Positions 28,246-38,109 of a DNA stretch of 59,777 nt are shown in pieces. The notes below the pieces were generated by a model. The model searched no databases. It was not told the origin of the DNA and saw only the letters and a list, made by a program, of their open reading frames with translations. The position numbers and the translations under genes are program-made. Where the stretch lies: positions 1 through 59,777 of the forward strand of contig JBBTSX010000011.1 in assembly GCA_038064535.1 (NCBI GenBank). The letters run 5' to 3'. How positions within the stretch are numbered: the first letter of the stretch is position 1; each line of letters starts with the position of its first letter. This DNA is from Patescibacteria group bacterium. GTDB taxonomy: Bacteria > Patescibacteriota > Minisyncoccia > Phycocordibacterales > UBA2100.

Positions 28246-28647
28246 ATGGCAGACCCGTTCGGACCCCGCATTCTTATCGTCGAGGACGACCCGCTCCTCT
28301 CCGAGCTTCTTGCCGAGAAATTGCACGGCGAGAAATTCGACTTGCGGATGGCGCGCACGGGCGAGGAAGCTCTCGAGAGCGTCAAGAAAGATAAGCCCGA
28401 TCTGATGTTGCTCGACATCCTGTTGCCGGGCATCGACGGTTTCGAGGTATTAAAACGCGTCAAAGAGGATCCGGGGACGAAGCATATCGTCGTCATCATT
28501 CTCTCCAACCTCGGTCAGCAGAGCGATATAGATAAGGGAACACAACTCGGCGCGGAAAAATACATCGTGAAGGTCTCTCTCACATTGAGCGAAGTGGTGC
28601 AAGCCGTGCGCGACGTGTGGCAAAAGCACGCTCCGCAGGCTGCATAA
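28246..28647 (+). CDS. single-domain response regulator (receiver only)
   Basis: ILIVEDD, LLDILLPGIDG, ILSN, YIVK. Confidence 0.95.
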   Translation: MADPFGPRILIVEDDPLLSELLAEKLHGEKFDLRMARTGEEALESVKKDKPDLMLLDILLPGIDGFEVLKRVKEDPGTKHIVVIILSNLGQQSDIDKGTQLGAEKYIVKVSLTLSEVVQAVRDVWQKHAPQAA

Positions 28648-28699
28648 ACCGCTAGCCTTACTTTGTTTTTCAGTGCCGCTGTGCGGTATAGTGCTCTGT

Positions 28700-29632
28700 A
28701 TGCAAGAAATACGGGAACAGGTACCGCTCGCACCGCAAACGACTTTTGAGATAGGGGGAAGCGCCCGCTATTTTGTGGATGTCCGCAGTGAAGGCGAAAT
28801 ACGCGAAGCGATAGCGTGGGCGAATGACAAGAAAGTGCGGTTTGTCGTATTAGGCGGCGGCAGCAATGTGCTGGTGCCGGACGGCGGTCTCGACGGGCTG
28901 GTCGTTCATATCGTCGGAGATTTGTACGGGGTGGAAGACCTGCCTGCGCAGGCAGGCGGAATGTTGGACACGTGGGCGGGAAGCAATTTGCTTTTTTTGA
29001 TACAAACGTTGGGAGCACGGGGATACGGCGGGTGGGAAAAGCTCGCGGGCATTCCGGGGACCATCGGCGGCGCCGTGCGCGGCAACGCAGGTGCATTCGG
29101 TTCCGAGATAAAAGATTTTGTACTGAAAGTCCGCGCGCTCAATCCGGCAACAGGTGAGTCGCGTGAATTCACGAATGCGGATTGCGATTTCTCCTACCGT
29201 CATAGCTTTTTCAAGGATAATCCACAATGGATAATCACCCGCACCATCGTTCGACTACATAGGTCTCACCTATGTAGTAAGTTGGTAAACGAGACGATTG
29301 CGGAGCGCGAGAAGCGGCATTTGCAAAATGTCCGTGCCGCGGGCAGCTTCTTTATGAACCCGAAGGCTCCGCAGAACATCGTCGACATGTTCGAGAAAGA
29401 GAAAGGCGTCGAATCACGCGAAGGCCGCGTTCCCGCAGGATGGTTGATAGAAAAAGCCGGCATGAAAGGCGCGACCGTCGGCGGCGCCATCGCCAGCCTC
29501 CAGCACCCGAATTACATCGTCAATCAGGGCAGCGCGACGGCAGACAATGTCCGCGAGCTCGCGGGGAAGATAAAGGCGGCCGTCGCGGAACAATTTGGTG
29601 TCGAGCTGCAAGAAGAAGCTGCAATTATGTAA
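28700..29632 (+). CDS. murB: UDP-N-acetylenolpyruvoylglucosamine reductase
   Basis: LGGGSNVL, GIPGTIGGAVRGNAGAFG, YRHS, AGSFFMNP, H.NYIVN. Confidence 0.97.
   Translation: MQEIREQVPLAPQTTFEIGGSARYFVDVRSEGEIREAIAWANDKKVRFVVLGGGSNVLVPDGGLDGLVVHIVGDLYGVEDLPAQAGGMLDTWAGSNLLFLIQTLGARGYGGWEKLAGIPGTIGGAVRGNAGAFGSEIKDFVLKVRALNPATGESREFTNADCDFSYRHSFFKDNPQWIITRTIVRLHRSHLCSKLVNETIAEREKRHLQNVRAAGSFFMNPKAPQNIVDMFEKEKGVESREGRVPAGWLIEKAGMKGATVGGAIASLQHPNYIVNQGSATADNVRELAGKIKAAVAEQFGVELQEEAAIM
28939..28956. repeat. CCTG...CAGG palindrome, in frame in murB (LPAQAG)
   Basis: identical 18-mer to the uvrB copy. Confidence 0.85.
29254..29278. repeat. REP-like palindrome within murB (LHRSHLCS)
   Basis: ACTACATAGGT-CTC-ACCTATGTAGT perfect 11-bp stem. 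Confidence 0.75.
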
Positions 29633-29638
29633 AAGCGA

Positions 29639-29663
29639 GTGGCCGGTCGAGTTGACCGGCCAC
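29639..29663. terminator. hairpin between convergent genes
   Basis: GTGGCCGGTC-gagtt-GACCGGCCAC. Confidence 0.65.
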
Positions 29664-29686
29664 CATTCGTCATACCGACGTTACGA

Positions 29687-29860
29687 CTAGCGCATAAGCG
29701 CCGCCCACGCGGCGATTTCCGCTTGAAGAGCAAGCTGTTGCTCTTTTGTGCGCACGGGGAAGCTACCGTCAGGATTTTGTTTTCGGTAGATTTCGGAAAA
29801 CGTAACCCATCTGATGGGCTGCACTCCCGCTTCGTTGTCAATCGTCTGTTCGCCCGGCAT
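29687..29860 (-). CDS. small hypothetical protein (57 aa), absent from the ORF track
   Basis: GGGAGG SD; MPGEQTIDNEAGVQPIRWVTFSEIYRKQNPDGSFPVRTKEQQLALQAEIAAWAALMR. Confidence 0.6.
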   Translation of the reverse strand: MPGEQTIDNEAGVQPIRWVTFSEIYRKQNPDGSFPVRTKEQQLALQAEIAAWAALMR

Positions 29861-29977
29861 GGCGTATGCCTCCCTAGGCTGTTCAGTTGCTGGATGAAAT
29901 CTAACACATGAAGGCGATTATGCTATACTCGTCCGTGCCAACCCCTAGCGCAAAGCGGGGGCGGCTTTTGCGTCTAC

Positions 29978-32596
29978 ATGGAAGATAAAATCATAATTAA
30001 GGGCGCCAGGACCCACAATCTCAAGAACGTGAGCGTGGAAATTCCGCGCAATAAAATGGTTGTATTCACCGGCCTTTCAGGCTCGGGGAAGTCTTCTCTC
30101 GCGTTTGACACGATTTTCGCGGAAGGCCAGCGAAAATACGTGGAATCGCTCTCCGCGTACGCGCGGCAATTTTTGCGGCAGATGCAAAAGCCCGATGTTG
30201 ACGAAATAACGGGTCTTTCGCCGGCGATTTCCATCGACCAAAAGAGCCGCTCCAACAATCCGCGCTCCACGGTAGCGACCATTACCGAGATATACGACTA
30301 CCTGCGCGTCCTGTACGCGCGCATCGGTCATCCGCACTGTCCGACGTGCGGTCGCGAGGTGAAAAAACTTTCGAACGAGGAGATTCTCGAATCGGTTCTT
30401 GAAATGGTTGAGGCGGCGAGCAAGAAGGGAGGAAAGACTGATAAAAAATTGACGAAAGGTGTGTCGGCCGCAAAAATCCGCATCAGTGCGCCCGTCGTGG
30501 TGGGCCGCAAAGGCGAGTACTATCAGATGCTGTACGATTTGCTCGGCAAAGGATACGAAAAAGTGGTCGTGGACGGGGAAGAGAAGTCACTGCGCGAGCG
30601 CATCACCCTCGAGAAAAACGACCGGCACGATATTGATGTTGTCGTGGACGAGATATTCGTGTCGGAATTCAACAAGCATTCCAAAGACGCATTCGAGCGT
30701 GCGAGCGAAGCCATCGAGCGCGCGCTCCACGAGAGCGACGGTCTGGTGAAAATCACCGACCACGACGGACAAGCGCATATCGCCTCGGCAAAATTTATGT
30801 GTGCCTACGACGGCTTTTCATTTCCAGAAATAGAGCCGCGTTTGTTCTCCTTCAACTCGCCGTACGGCGCGTGTCCTGAATGCAAAGGACTGGGCAGTAA
30901 ATATTTCTTCGGCGATGAGCCGTGCGATGTGTGCCATGGCGTGCGTCTGCGTCCCGAGTCGCTCAATGTATTTCTGGGCAAGGTGCATACACCCGCCGGG
31001 CACACCGGTCCTGCGACGGGGACGAACATCGTCAATCTTTCGTCGAAATCCATAGAAGAGGCGACGAAGTTCTTCAATGAGCTCAAGCTCACCAAAAAAG
31101 AGCAGGACATCTCGCGTGCCGTCATCAAAGAAATCACGTCGCGCCTGCAATTCATGCTCAATGTCGGTATCGAGTACCTCACGCTCGACCGCAAGGCCAA
31201 CACGCTCTCCGGCGGCGAGGCACAGCGCATCCGGCTTGCCTCCCAGCTCGGCTCCGGTCTCGTGGGCGCGCTGTATGTGCTTGATGAGCCGACTATCGGC
31301 CTGCACCAGCGTGACAACGACAAGCTCATTCAGACCCTCAAACATTTGCGCGAGCTCGGCAACACCGTACTCGTGGTGGAGCACGATGAAGACACCATTT
31401 TTGCCTCCGACTACATTGTAGATATCGGTCCCGGCGCTGGTACGCACGGAGGGAATATCGTTGTTTCCGGCTGGCTTGAAGAACTGCTCGCGGCGAAGAG
31501 TAACAAGTCAAAATCACGCACGCTCGCATATTTGCGCGACGAGATACGCCTCGAGATACCGGAACATCGCCGCACGAGCGACAAGGGCAGGCTCAAAATC
31601 CGCGGGGCGAACAAGTTCAATATCAAAAATCTCAACGTGGATGTGCCGCTGGGGAAGCTCGTCTGTGTCACCGGCGTCTCGGGCTCTGGCAAGTCCACGT
31701 TCCTCTACGAAATACTGCATCGCAACCTGCAGGCGCGTTTCGATAAACGCTACCGCACCGCCAAGCTGTACAACGTCGCTGAATTTTCCGGCACGGAATA
31801 TCTGGGCCGTTCCATCCTTATCGACCAGTCGCCCATCGGACGTACGCCGCGGAGCAATCCGGCGACCTACACGGGTGCGTGGACTCACATCCGCGACCTC
31901 TTTGCGATGAGCGAAGAATCAAAAGCACGCGGCTGGGGGCCGGGTCGCTTCTCGTTCAACGTAAAAGGCGGGCGATGCGAGGCGTGCCAAGGCAACGGCC
32001 TCGTCGCGGTGGAAATGCACTTCCTGCCGACGGTGTATGTGACATGCGATGTGTGCAACGGCAAGCGCTTCATGAAAGAAACGCTGGAGGTGAAGTACCA
32101 GAAGAAGAGCATTCACGATATTTTGAGCATGACCGTGGAGCAGGCGCTGAAGTTTTTCGAGGATATTCCCGCGATTGCCGACCGTCTGCAGACGCTTGAT
32201 GATGTGGGGCTCGGCTACCTCGAGCTCGGGCAAAGCGCGACGACGCTCTCCGGCGGGGAAGCGCAGCGTGTCAAAATTGCCTCCGAGCTCTACCGCCCGC
32301 ACATCACCAAGAGTGTGTACCTGCTCGACGAGCCGACGGTCGGATTGCACTACGATGACGTGGCAAAGCTCAATCTGATTTTGCAAAAGCTGGTGGAGCG
32401 GGGGAATACGGTCATTGTCATCGAGCACAATCTCGATGTGCTCAAATGTGCGGACTATCTCATCGACATGGGACCGGAAGGCGGGGAGCGCGGCGGCAAT
32501 ATCGTCGCCAAAGGCACGCCCGAGGAGGTCTCCCGCACCGACGGCTCGCACACAGGATACTACTTGAAGCGGATATTGAATAAAAAGAAGAGTTGA
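29978..32596 (+). CDS. uvrA: excinuclease ABC subunit A
   Basis: two ABC ATPase domains ([24 protein letters not shown] twice) and Zn fingers. Confidence 0.98.
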   Translation: MEDKIIIKGARTHNLKNVSVEIPRNKMVVFTGLSGSGKSSLAFDTIFAEGQRKYVESLSAYARQFLRQMQKPDVDEITGLSPAISIDQKSRSNNPRSTVATITEIYDYLRVLYARIGHPHCPTCGREVKKLSNEEILESVLEMVEAASKKGGKTDKKLTKGVSAAKIRISAPVVVGRKGEYYQMLYDLLGKGYEKVVVDGEEKSLRERITLEKNDRHDIDVVVDEIFVSEFNKHSKDAFERASEAIERALHESDGLVKITDHDGQAHIASAKFMCAYDGFSFPEIEPRLFSFNSPYGACPECKGLGSKYFFGDEPCDVCHGVRLRPESLNVFLGKVHTPAGHTGPATGTNIVNLSSKSIEEATKFFNELKLTKKEQDISRAVIKEITSRLQFMLNVGIEYLTLDRKANTLSGGEAQRIRLASQLGSGLVGALYVLDEPTIGLHQRDNDKLIQTLKHLRELGNTVLVVEHDEDTIFASDYIVDIGPGAGTHGGNIVVSGWLEELLAAKSNKSKSRTLAYLRDEIRLEIPEHRRTSDKGRLKIRGANKFNIKNLNVDVPLGKLVCVTGVSGSGKSTFLYEILHRNLQARFDKRYRTAKLYNVAEFSGTEYLGRSILIDQSPIGRTPRSNPATYTGAWTHIRDLFAMSEESKARGWGPGRFSFNVKGGRCEACQGNGLVAVEMHFLPTVYVTCDVCNGKRFMKETLEVKYQKKSIHDILSMTVEQALKFFEDIPAIADRLQTLDDVGLGYLELGQSATTLSGGEAQRVKIASELYRPHITKSVYLLDEPTVGLHYDDVAKLNLILQKLVERGNTVIVIEHNLDVLKCADYLIDMGPEGGERGGNIVAKGTPEEVSRTDGSHTGYYLKRILNKKKS

Positions 32597-32625
32597 CAGG
32601 CGGAGGGGAGGTGGGTATTGTCTCG

Positions 32626-32788
32626 AGTGACCCACGGCGCTCGGGTCGTTAAACATAAGAGACCAATCGGGTGATCGGTCGGACGACCTCCGACCGGTCA
32701 CTTGCTCGCTCTTGTGAGTTGTTGCGTAGGCGTTGAGTCTTTGTAAGAGGACCCCAGTACTAGTAGTGTAGGGGTCCTTTTGATTTTA
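32626..32788 (+). ncRNA. candidate structured small RNA
   Basis: TTGACA-N17-TATTGT promoter, two hairpins, terminator at 32748-32788, no convincing ORF. Confidence 0.4.
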
Positions 32789-32885
32789 TATATCCGACTT
32801 GTCCACAGGTATTTTAAAAACGCCGGACTTTTCGTATGAGATACTAAGTTTTTAGGACGTTCCCCATAGATTCACAGGTGCGCGG

Positions 32886-33104
32886 ATGACAATGCACGAT
32901 ACCCAAGTTGCCGGGCGGTCCTCGACAAGCGAGACTCCTGACGTATCGCACGCTGGATACCCCGACTTCGTCGCAGGTTATCTGTCCTATAACGGACTGA
33001 AACAACTTGCCGGCCACTTCGTCACCCGCCGCATCCGGCAAGATTTCGTGAAATATGTGCGTAGCGGAGATGTGCCAGCCTATATGCAGGGCCGCCTTGC
33101 CTGA
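32886..33104 (+). CDS. hypothetical protein
   Basis: ORF fills the gap before uvrC. Confidence 0.45.
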   Translation: MTMHDTQVAGRSSTSETPDVSHAGYPDFVAGYLSYNGLKQLAGHFVTRRIRQDFVKYVRSGDVPAYMQGRLA

Positions 33105-33171
33105 TTGCGGCAAACTGAATATAGACACAGCACCTTGCGGCGACTCTATTGTCGCCGCATACTCTTTTGCG

Positions 33172-34428
33172 ATGGAGCGTACAAGCCTCTCAAAATTCAA
33201 ACTTCCGGACACGCCGGGGGTCTATTTCTTTAAAAAGGGAAGGACGACTCTCTACATAGGGAAGGCGACGTCGCTACGCGACCGTGTCCGTAGCTATTTC
33301 GCTTCCGACATCGTTTCCACTCGCGGGGAGGCGGTGGCGCGGATGGTGAATGAAGCGACTTCCATTGCGCACACAAAAACTGACTCGGTACTCGAAGCGC
33401 TCATCCTCGAAGCCAATCTCATCAAGAGCCATCAGCCGCCGTACAACGCGATTTCCAAGGATAATAAGAGTTTTAACTACGTCGTCATCACAAAAGAGGA
33501 TTTTCCGCGCGCGCTCGTCGTACGCGGGCGCGAGCTGTTCCAGAATTGGGACCAAGCGAAGATAAGATACACATTCGGCCCGTTCACACAGGGCACGTCG
33601 CTGCAGGAGGCGGTAAAAATAGTTCGCAAAATATTTCCGTTCCGCGATTCCAAATGCACACCATGCCCTGAGCAGCTCAAGAAATCATCGCATTGCAAAT
33701 CCTGCTTCAATCGTCAGATAGGTCTGTGTCCCGGTGTCTGCACGGGGGAGATGAGCAAGGAAGAGTATGCGGTTGTGATTGGTCACATTCGGGAGCTTTT
33801 CTCCGGCAATTTCCGGGGGCTCAAACGGCAACTTTGGAAAGAGATGAAAGCCGCCGCCAGAGATGAACAGTATGAAAAAGCGCACACCTTGCGGCGTCAG
33901 ATATCAGCGCTCGAACATATTCGCGACGTATCGCTCATCAGGCATGAACACGTTTCTGCCGGCGGCCCTTCGATTGGACTCAGGGCAAGCGGTGTTCGCA
34001 TTGAAGCATTTGATGTCGCGCATACCGCGGGGACTGAAACGGTCGCTGTGATGACCGTTGTAGACAACGGCGAGGCGTACAAATCGGCGTATCGCAAATT
34101 CAAAATTCAAAGCGCGACCAACAATGATGTTGCGGCGCTCACTGAGGCGCTCGAACGGCGGCTCAGTCACTCGGAGTGGCCGCTGCCGCGCGCATTCGTT
34201 GTGGATGGCGGCACGGCGCAGGTGCGCGCCGCTGAGCGCGTGCTACGCAAAGCGGGCGTCGGCATTCCCGTCGTCGGTGTCGTGAAAAACGAACGGCACA
34301 AGCCCGAGCGGCTTATCGGGGAACGCCGCATAATCGAAGCGTACGAGCGTGACATTTTGCTCGCGAACAGCGAAGCGCATCGGTTCGCCATCTCGTGGCA
34401 TCGGAAGAGGCGCGGCAAGTTAGTGTAA
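33172..34428 (+). CDS. uvrC: excinuclease ABC subunit C (short form without C-terminal HhH)
   Basis: PGVY..YIGKA..LRDRV GIY-YIG, Cys cluster, UVR domain, RIEAFD...VDGG RNase H-like domain, EAHRFAI. Confidence 0.93.
   Translation: MERTSLSKFKLPDTPGVYFFKKGRTTLYIGKATSLRDRVRSYFASDIVSTRGEAVARMVNEATSIAHTKTDSVLEALILEANLIKSHQPPYNAISKDNKSFNYVVITKEDFPRALVVRGRELFQNWDQAKIRYTFGPFTQGTSLQEAVKIVRKIFPFRDSKCTPCPEQLKKSSHCKSCFNRQIGLCPGVCTGEMSKEEYAVVIGHIRELFSGNFRGLKRQLWKEMKAAARDEQYEKAHTLRRQISALEHIRDVSLIRHEHVSAGGPSIGLRASGVRIEAFDVAHTAGTETVAVMTVVDNGEAYKSAYRKFKIQSATNNDVAALTEALERRLSHSEWPLPRAFVVDGGTAQVRAAERVLRKAGVGIPVVGVVKNERHKPERLIGERRIIEAYERDILLANSEAHRFAISWHRKRRGKLV
33966..33990. repeat. CCCTTCGA...CTCAGGG repeat, in frame in uvrC (PSIGLRAS)
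   Basis: cccttcgattggactcagggcaagc; resembles ccttcgacattgctcagga at about 7370. Confidence 0.65.
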
Positions 34429-34469
34429 ACATACCACTCATTTCGTACGCTATACTCGCAAGCTCGTTT

Positions 34470-34526
34470 AGCCTGCGCGCGCTCGGAAATGAACACCAGT
34501 GTTCATTTCACTCGCTTCGCTAGGCT
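34470..34526. repeat. GCTCG-GAA[stem]TTC-NCTCG structured repeat, copy 2
   Basis: stem gaaatgaacac/gtgttcatttc. Confidence 0.75.
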
Positions 34527-34537
34527 ATAATCAGGTA

Positions 34538-35503
34538 ATGGCACGGATGATAGTCGGCGTTCTTCGTGGCGGGACGTCCGGCGAATATAATCTTTCGCTC
34601 AAGACCGGTGCGGCTATGTTGCAAGCGTTGCCGGAGGAGAAATACGACGTGCGCGATATTCTCATTGATAAAACAGGGCTGTGGCATTTGCGGGGGTCAC
34701 CGGCGACGCCCGCTCGCGCGCTCGCGCAGATAGACGTTGTTTTGAACGCGCTACACGGCGGAGTAGGCGAGGACGGAACGGTGCAGCGCCTGATAGAGCG
34801 AGTCGGTATCCCGTATGCGGGCGCGCGCTCGCAGGCCGCAGGGTTGTCGCTCAACAAAAATCGCGCACGCGAAATCCTCGCACAGGCGGGTGTCCGCATT
34901 CCGCGCGGAGTATCTTTCTCGCCCCGCAACGAGCTGAATACTGCGGACATGGCCGGTCTCACTTTTTCGCAATTCGGACCGCCGTATATCGTAAAGCCGG
35001 CCATGGAGGGTGCCGGAAGCGGAATACGCATCGCGGCGACCATTGTAGATTTGCCCGATGCGATAGGGGACGTGCTCGATGCGTTCGGCTCAGCGCTTGT
35101 CGAAGAATACGTGCGCGGCAAAGAAGCTTCGGTCGGGGTGATAGATAATTTCCGCAATGAAGAGCTCTATGTGCTTCCGCCAGCACTTGTCGAACGCGAG
35201 GGTATGTTTACAGGAACCGATGTACATGAGAGCGGGACGATGCGACACTCTGTACCGAGTCCGTTCTCATACACTCAAAAACTCACGCTCGCCGATACCG
35301 CGCGCAGAGCGCACCGCGTGCTCGGCATGTCGCATTTTTCGCGCTCCGACCTCATCGTGACTCCGACCGCCGTGTACCTTCTCGAAGTCAATGCGATACC
35401 GGGACTGTATCCGGGCGCGACGTTCCCCTCGATGCTCGAAGCGGTCGGTTCATCGGTGACGGAATTCCTGGAACATGCTATACATCTTGCGATGGGTAAG
35501 TGA
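34538..35503 (+). CDS. ddl: D-alanine--D-alanine ligase
   Basis: GG.S.EY..SL, LHGG.GEDG, ATP-grasp VKP, EVNAIPG. Confidence 0.92.
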   Translation: MARMIVGVLRGGTSGEYNLSLKTGAAMLQALPEEKYDVRDILIDKTGLWHLRGSPATPARALAQIDVVLNALHGGVGEDGTVQRLIERVGIPYAGARSQAAGLSLNKNRAREILAQAGVRIPRGVSFSPRNELNTADMAGLTFSQFGPPYIVKPAMEGAGSGIRIAATIVDLPDAIGDVLDAFGSALVEEYVRGKEASVGVIDNFRNEELYVLPPALVEREGMFTGTDVHESGTMRHSVPSPFSYTQKLTLADTARRAHRVLGMSHFSRSDLIVTPTAVYLLEVNAIPGLYPGATFPSMLEAVGSSVTEFLEHAIHLAMGK

Positions 35504-35519
35504 GAGGTTGCGAGGATAA

Positions 35520-37187
35520 TCAAAGAGGGCCGATATGTGCATGCTGGCCCGTCATTCGGGAAAAGAGTATGCTAGCATCCTCTTTGTCCCTCATTAGGGC
35601 CAGTAGTTCAGTGGTAGAATGCCTCATTTGCAATGAGGAGGTCCGGGGTCCGATTCCCCGCTGGTCCACAAGTATCGGAACGAGGTCATTTTCGGAGTGG
35701 TTTTCTTTGGCCGCCAACAAAGAAAACCATTGATTCTGCGGCACGCCGCGCGCTTCGCGCGCGTGGAGGGTGAGGTTCGAGCCGAAGATTTTTTGGAGGG
35801 AGGATTTTTTGGAGGGGAGGTCTTTAGATTGTGCCGCTTCATCAAGCAATGAAGCGTCCTTTAGCCATGCTCGCATGGGTTCGAGCCACACGGCGGCGTT
35901 GCGTTCAAGCAGGAGGATTCTCTCCTGCGCCGACTTCTTTGTGGACATCAGTGCGCGCTTCCTTTCGAGATAGTCGCCGCGCTCAATATCCTGTTCGACA
36001 AAGAGGTCGGTAAGGCGGGCAATTTTGCCGTCCAAGTCGGCAATCTTTGCCCGCATCGCTTGGACGGACGCCGCCGTGGTTTGAGAGGCACTTGCCGCGT
36101 CTTTCTCGGCCATTGCGTCCAGCTCCTTGGCCCAATGTTCCGGCAAGACGAATTTTGCGAGCAAGCCGGATAGTTGCGAGTCCAGCGCTTCTTCTCGCAC
36201 ATACGGCTGTGAGCAGTGAACGGCGGCTTTCTTTTTCGTACAGCGATAGTAGACGTAGCGATGGACGTTGCCGTTTTTCTGCCGTTTCAGCTTGTCCTCG
36301 GCGGTGATGGAAAAACCGCACTCGCCGCATCGCAAAAGGCCGCAATATACTTGCGGATTATTCTCGGACGGTCTCTTGTTGCTCCGGAGTCTTGATACTT
36401 CCTGCACGCGGTCGAACAACCTTTTGCTCACGATGGGCGTATGTGTACCCTCATACATTTCACCGCTGTACTTGAAATGGCCGAAGTAGAACGGATTGGA
36501 AAGCAGGAATGCTATCTGGTCTTTCTTGAGGGGCCTACCGCCGCCCTTGCTCCATCCGCGCGTGGCTCCGGTCTTGATGCCGCGCTCAAAAAGAAACTGC
36601 GCAATATCTTCGAGCCGCGATTCGTTCTTGGCGTATAACTCAAATGCTTTGCGGACGAGCGGCGCTTTGCGACGGTCTACAACGATGGTGCGGGTGCGTG
36701 GGTCGTTGAGGTAGCCGAGGGGCGCGGTGCTTGGATAAATACCCATTCGCGCCTTTTGCCGGAGGCCTCGTGTCACATTCACACTCAAATCGCGGATGTA
36801 CTGATTGGCCATGCCGAACTCCACGGACATGAGGAGTACATTGTCGTGCGGAAAATACGCCTTGTCGTGCGTAACAATTTTCTGAATGACACTCTGTTGC
36901 AAAAGCCAACTGATGCGGCCGCTATCCACCGGATTACGCGAAAGCCGGTCAATCTTCCAACACACGACGCCTTGCGCCTCGCCGCGCTCGACACGCTTTA
37001 GCATTTCCTCAAACACCGGGCGGCCCGGCATCTTGGCGCTCCGCTTCTCCACGAACTCCTCCGCCACTTCCAGTCCATCACGTCGCGCGAGCGCGCGAAG
37101 CTCGGCAAGCTGCGCTTCGATGGAGAGCACTTGCTTGTCCTCGACATCGGTACTTTTGCGTGCGTAGAGGAAGTAGGCGGGTGTCAT
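35520..37187 (-). CDS. large serine recombinase/integrase
   Basis: YARKS catalytic Ser, IDRLSRN, APLGY recombinase domain, Zn ribbon CGECG...YYRC...C, coiled coil. Confidence 0.95.
   Translation of the reverse strand: MTPAYFLYARKSTDVEDKQVLSIEAQLAELRALARRDGLEVAEEFVEKRSAKMPGRPVFEEMLKRVERGEAQGVVCWKIDRLSRNPVDSGRISWLLQQSVIQKIVTHDKAYFPHDNVLLMSVEFGMANQYIRDLSVNVTRGLRQKARMGIYPSTAPLGYLNDPRTRTIVVDRRKAPLVRKAFELYAKNESRLEDIAQFLFERGIKTGATRGWSKGGGRPLKKDQIAFLLSNPFYFGHFKYSGEMYEGTHTPIVSKRLFDRVQEVSRLRSNKRPSENNPQVYCGLLRCGECGFSITAEDKLKRQKNGNVHRYVYYRCTKKKAAVHCSQPYVREEALDSQLSGLLAKFVLPEHWAKELDAMAEKDAASASQTTAASVQAMRAKIADLDGKIARLTDLFVEQDIERGDYLERKRALMSTKKSAQERILLLERNAAVWLEPMRAWLKDASLLDEAAQSKDLPSKKSSLQKIFGSNLTLHAREARGVPQNQWFSLLAAKENHSENDLVPILVDQRGIGPRTSSLQMRHSTTELLALMRDKEDASILFSRMTGQHAHIGPL
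35597..35668 (+). tRNA. tRNA-Ala (anticodon TGC)
   Basis: cloverleaf: acceptor GGGCCAG/CTGGTCC with G3:U70, anticodon arm CCTCA-TTTGCAA-TGAGG, T arm CGGGG-TCCGATT-CCCCG. Confidence 0.95.
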
Positions 37188-37250
37188 ATCCCTATTATAG
37201 AGCAAATGCTCTGCGTAGAGCAATAGCGGGACAACTGCTATCATGTTGTT

Positions 37251-37460
37251 GTGAGTACAGATATTACGGCGACAATCAGGAAGCGGGTAAAAGAGATACG
37301 ACTAAAGAAAGGAGTATCGCAAGGCAAGCTCGCAAGAGCGTTAGGCATCCACCCGACGTATGTAAGTCAAATTGAGCGCGGGATACGAAACCCGACTATA
37401 AAGAATATTGAAAAACTAGCGCGAGCGCTGGGCGTTAGCCCTGACAAGCTCTTGCGGTAG
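37251..37460 (+). CDS. XRE-family HTH transcriptional regulator
   Basis: VSQGKLARALGIHPTYVSQIERGIRNPT; divergent from the integrase. Confidence 0.93.
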   Translation: MSTDITATIRKRVKEIRLKKGVSQGKLARALGIHPTYVSQIERGIRNPTIKNIEKLARALGVSPDKLLR

Positions 37461-37559
37461 CCGGAAAATCGGGGTTGTTGACAACTCTTGCCTTTCGGGC
37501 AGACGTGGTATTATGGGGCTGTTCACCTTTAGCCGCTTACTAGTACGACAAGCAATTTT

Positions 37560-38006
37560 ATGAACGAAGGAAAAATGGACGCACCGCAAAAAGCTACTAC
37601 TTACGAAACTCAAGAGCAGAGGGCTGAGAAACAATGGAATGATTATCTTCAAGATTTGGAAAAAACAGCAAAGTCGATGGGGGGCGAACTTCGTGTATAC
37701 GATGTCATGGGTGAAAATGGAAAAGTAAGACCTGATGCCCGAAGAGTCAAAGTATTTCCGATGGACAGGACAGATACTGTCAATCTTTCCCCGGCATTTG
37801 ATAGCCCGTACGTTTTGCGGACAATGACCACTACCCAATCGGGCAATATGAAGGAAGGCAAGTTGATAAATGAGGGTCAAGAGCCACGACCTGATAAGGC
37901 AGATGTTCTGCGGTTAGAAAATGATGGAGAAACCCTTCGTAGCAGAGATTTGCTCTCATGCTCATACAATCCGGAGAGAAACCGCTGGGAACTGTTTCCC
38001 GATTGA
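37560..38006 (+). CDS. hypothetical protein (island cargo)
   Basis: 148-aa ORF with upstream promoter-like sequence. Confidence 0.7.
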   Translation: MNEGKMDAPQKATTYETQEQRAEKQWNDYLQDLEKTAKSMGGELRVYDVMGENGKVRPDARRVKVFPMDRTDTVNLSPAFDSPYVLRTMTTTQSGNMKEGKLINEGQEPRPDKADVLRLENDGETLRSRDLLSCSYNPERNRWELFPD

Positions 38007-38109
38007 GGACTTAAAAATCTTTTTATCTGCCTCGTAGGGAGCTTCGCTGAAGAGCGAAGAATAATCTTGTGCGCGCACTGGGAGGGAGGGGCAAACACAT
38101 ACAGATGTT

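Noticed and set aside
30975-31030. extra peptide [13 protein letters not shown] in UvrA as a repeat insert
   Set aside because: No clear palindrome or match to the repeat families; probably ordinary loop variation.
32795-32810. DnaA-box-like TTGTCCACA (similar at about 39340, 39895 and 49140) as a replication origin
   Set aside because: Scattered single imperfect boxes with no cluster, unwinding element or dnaA nearby.
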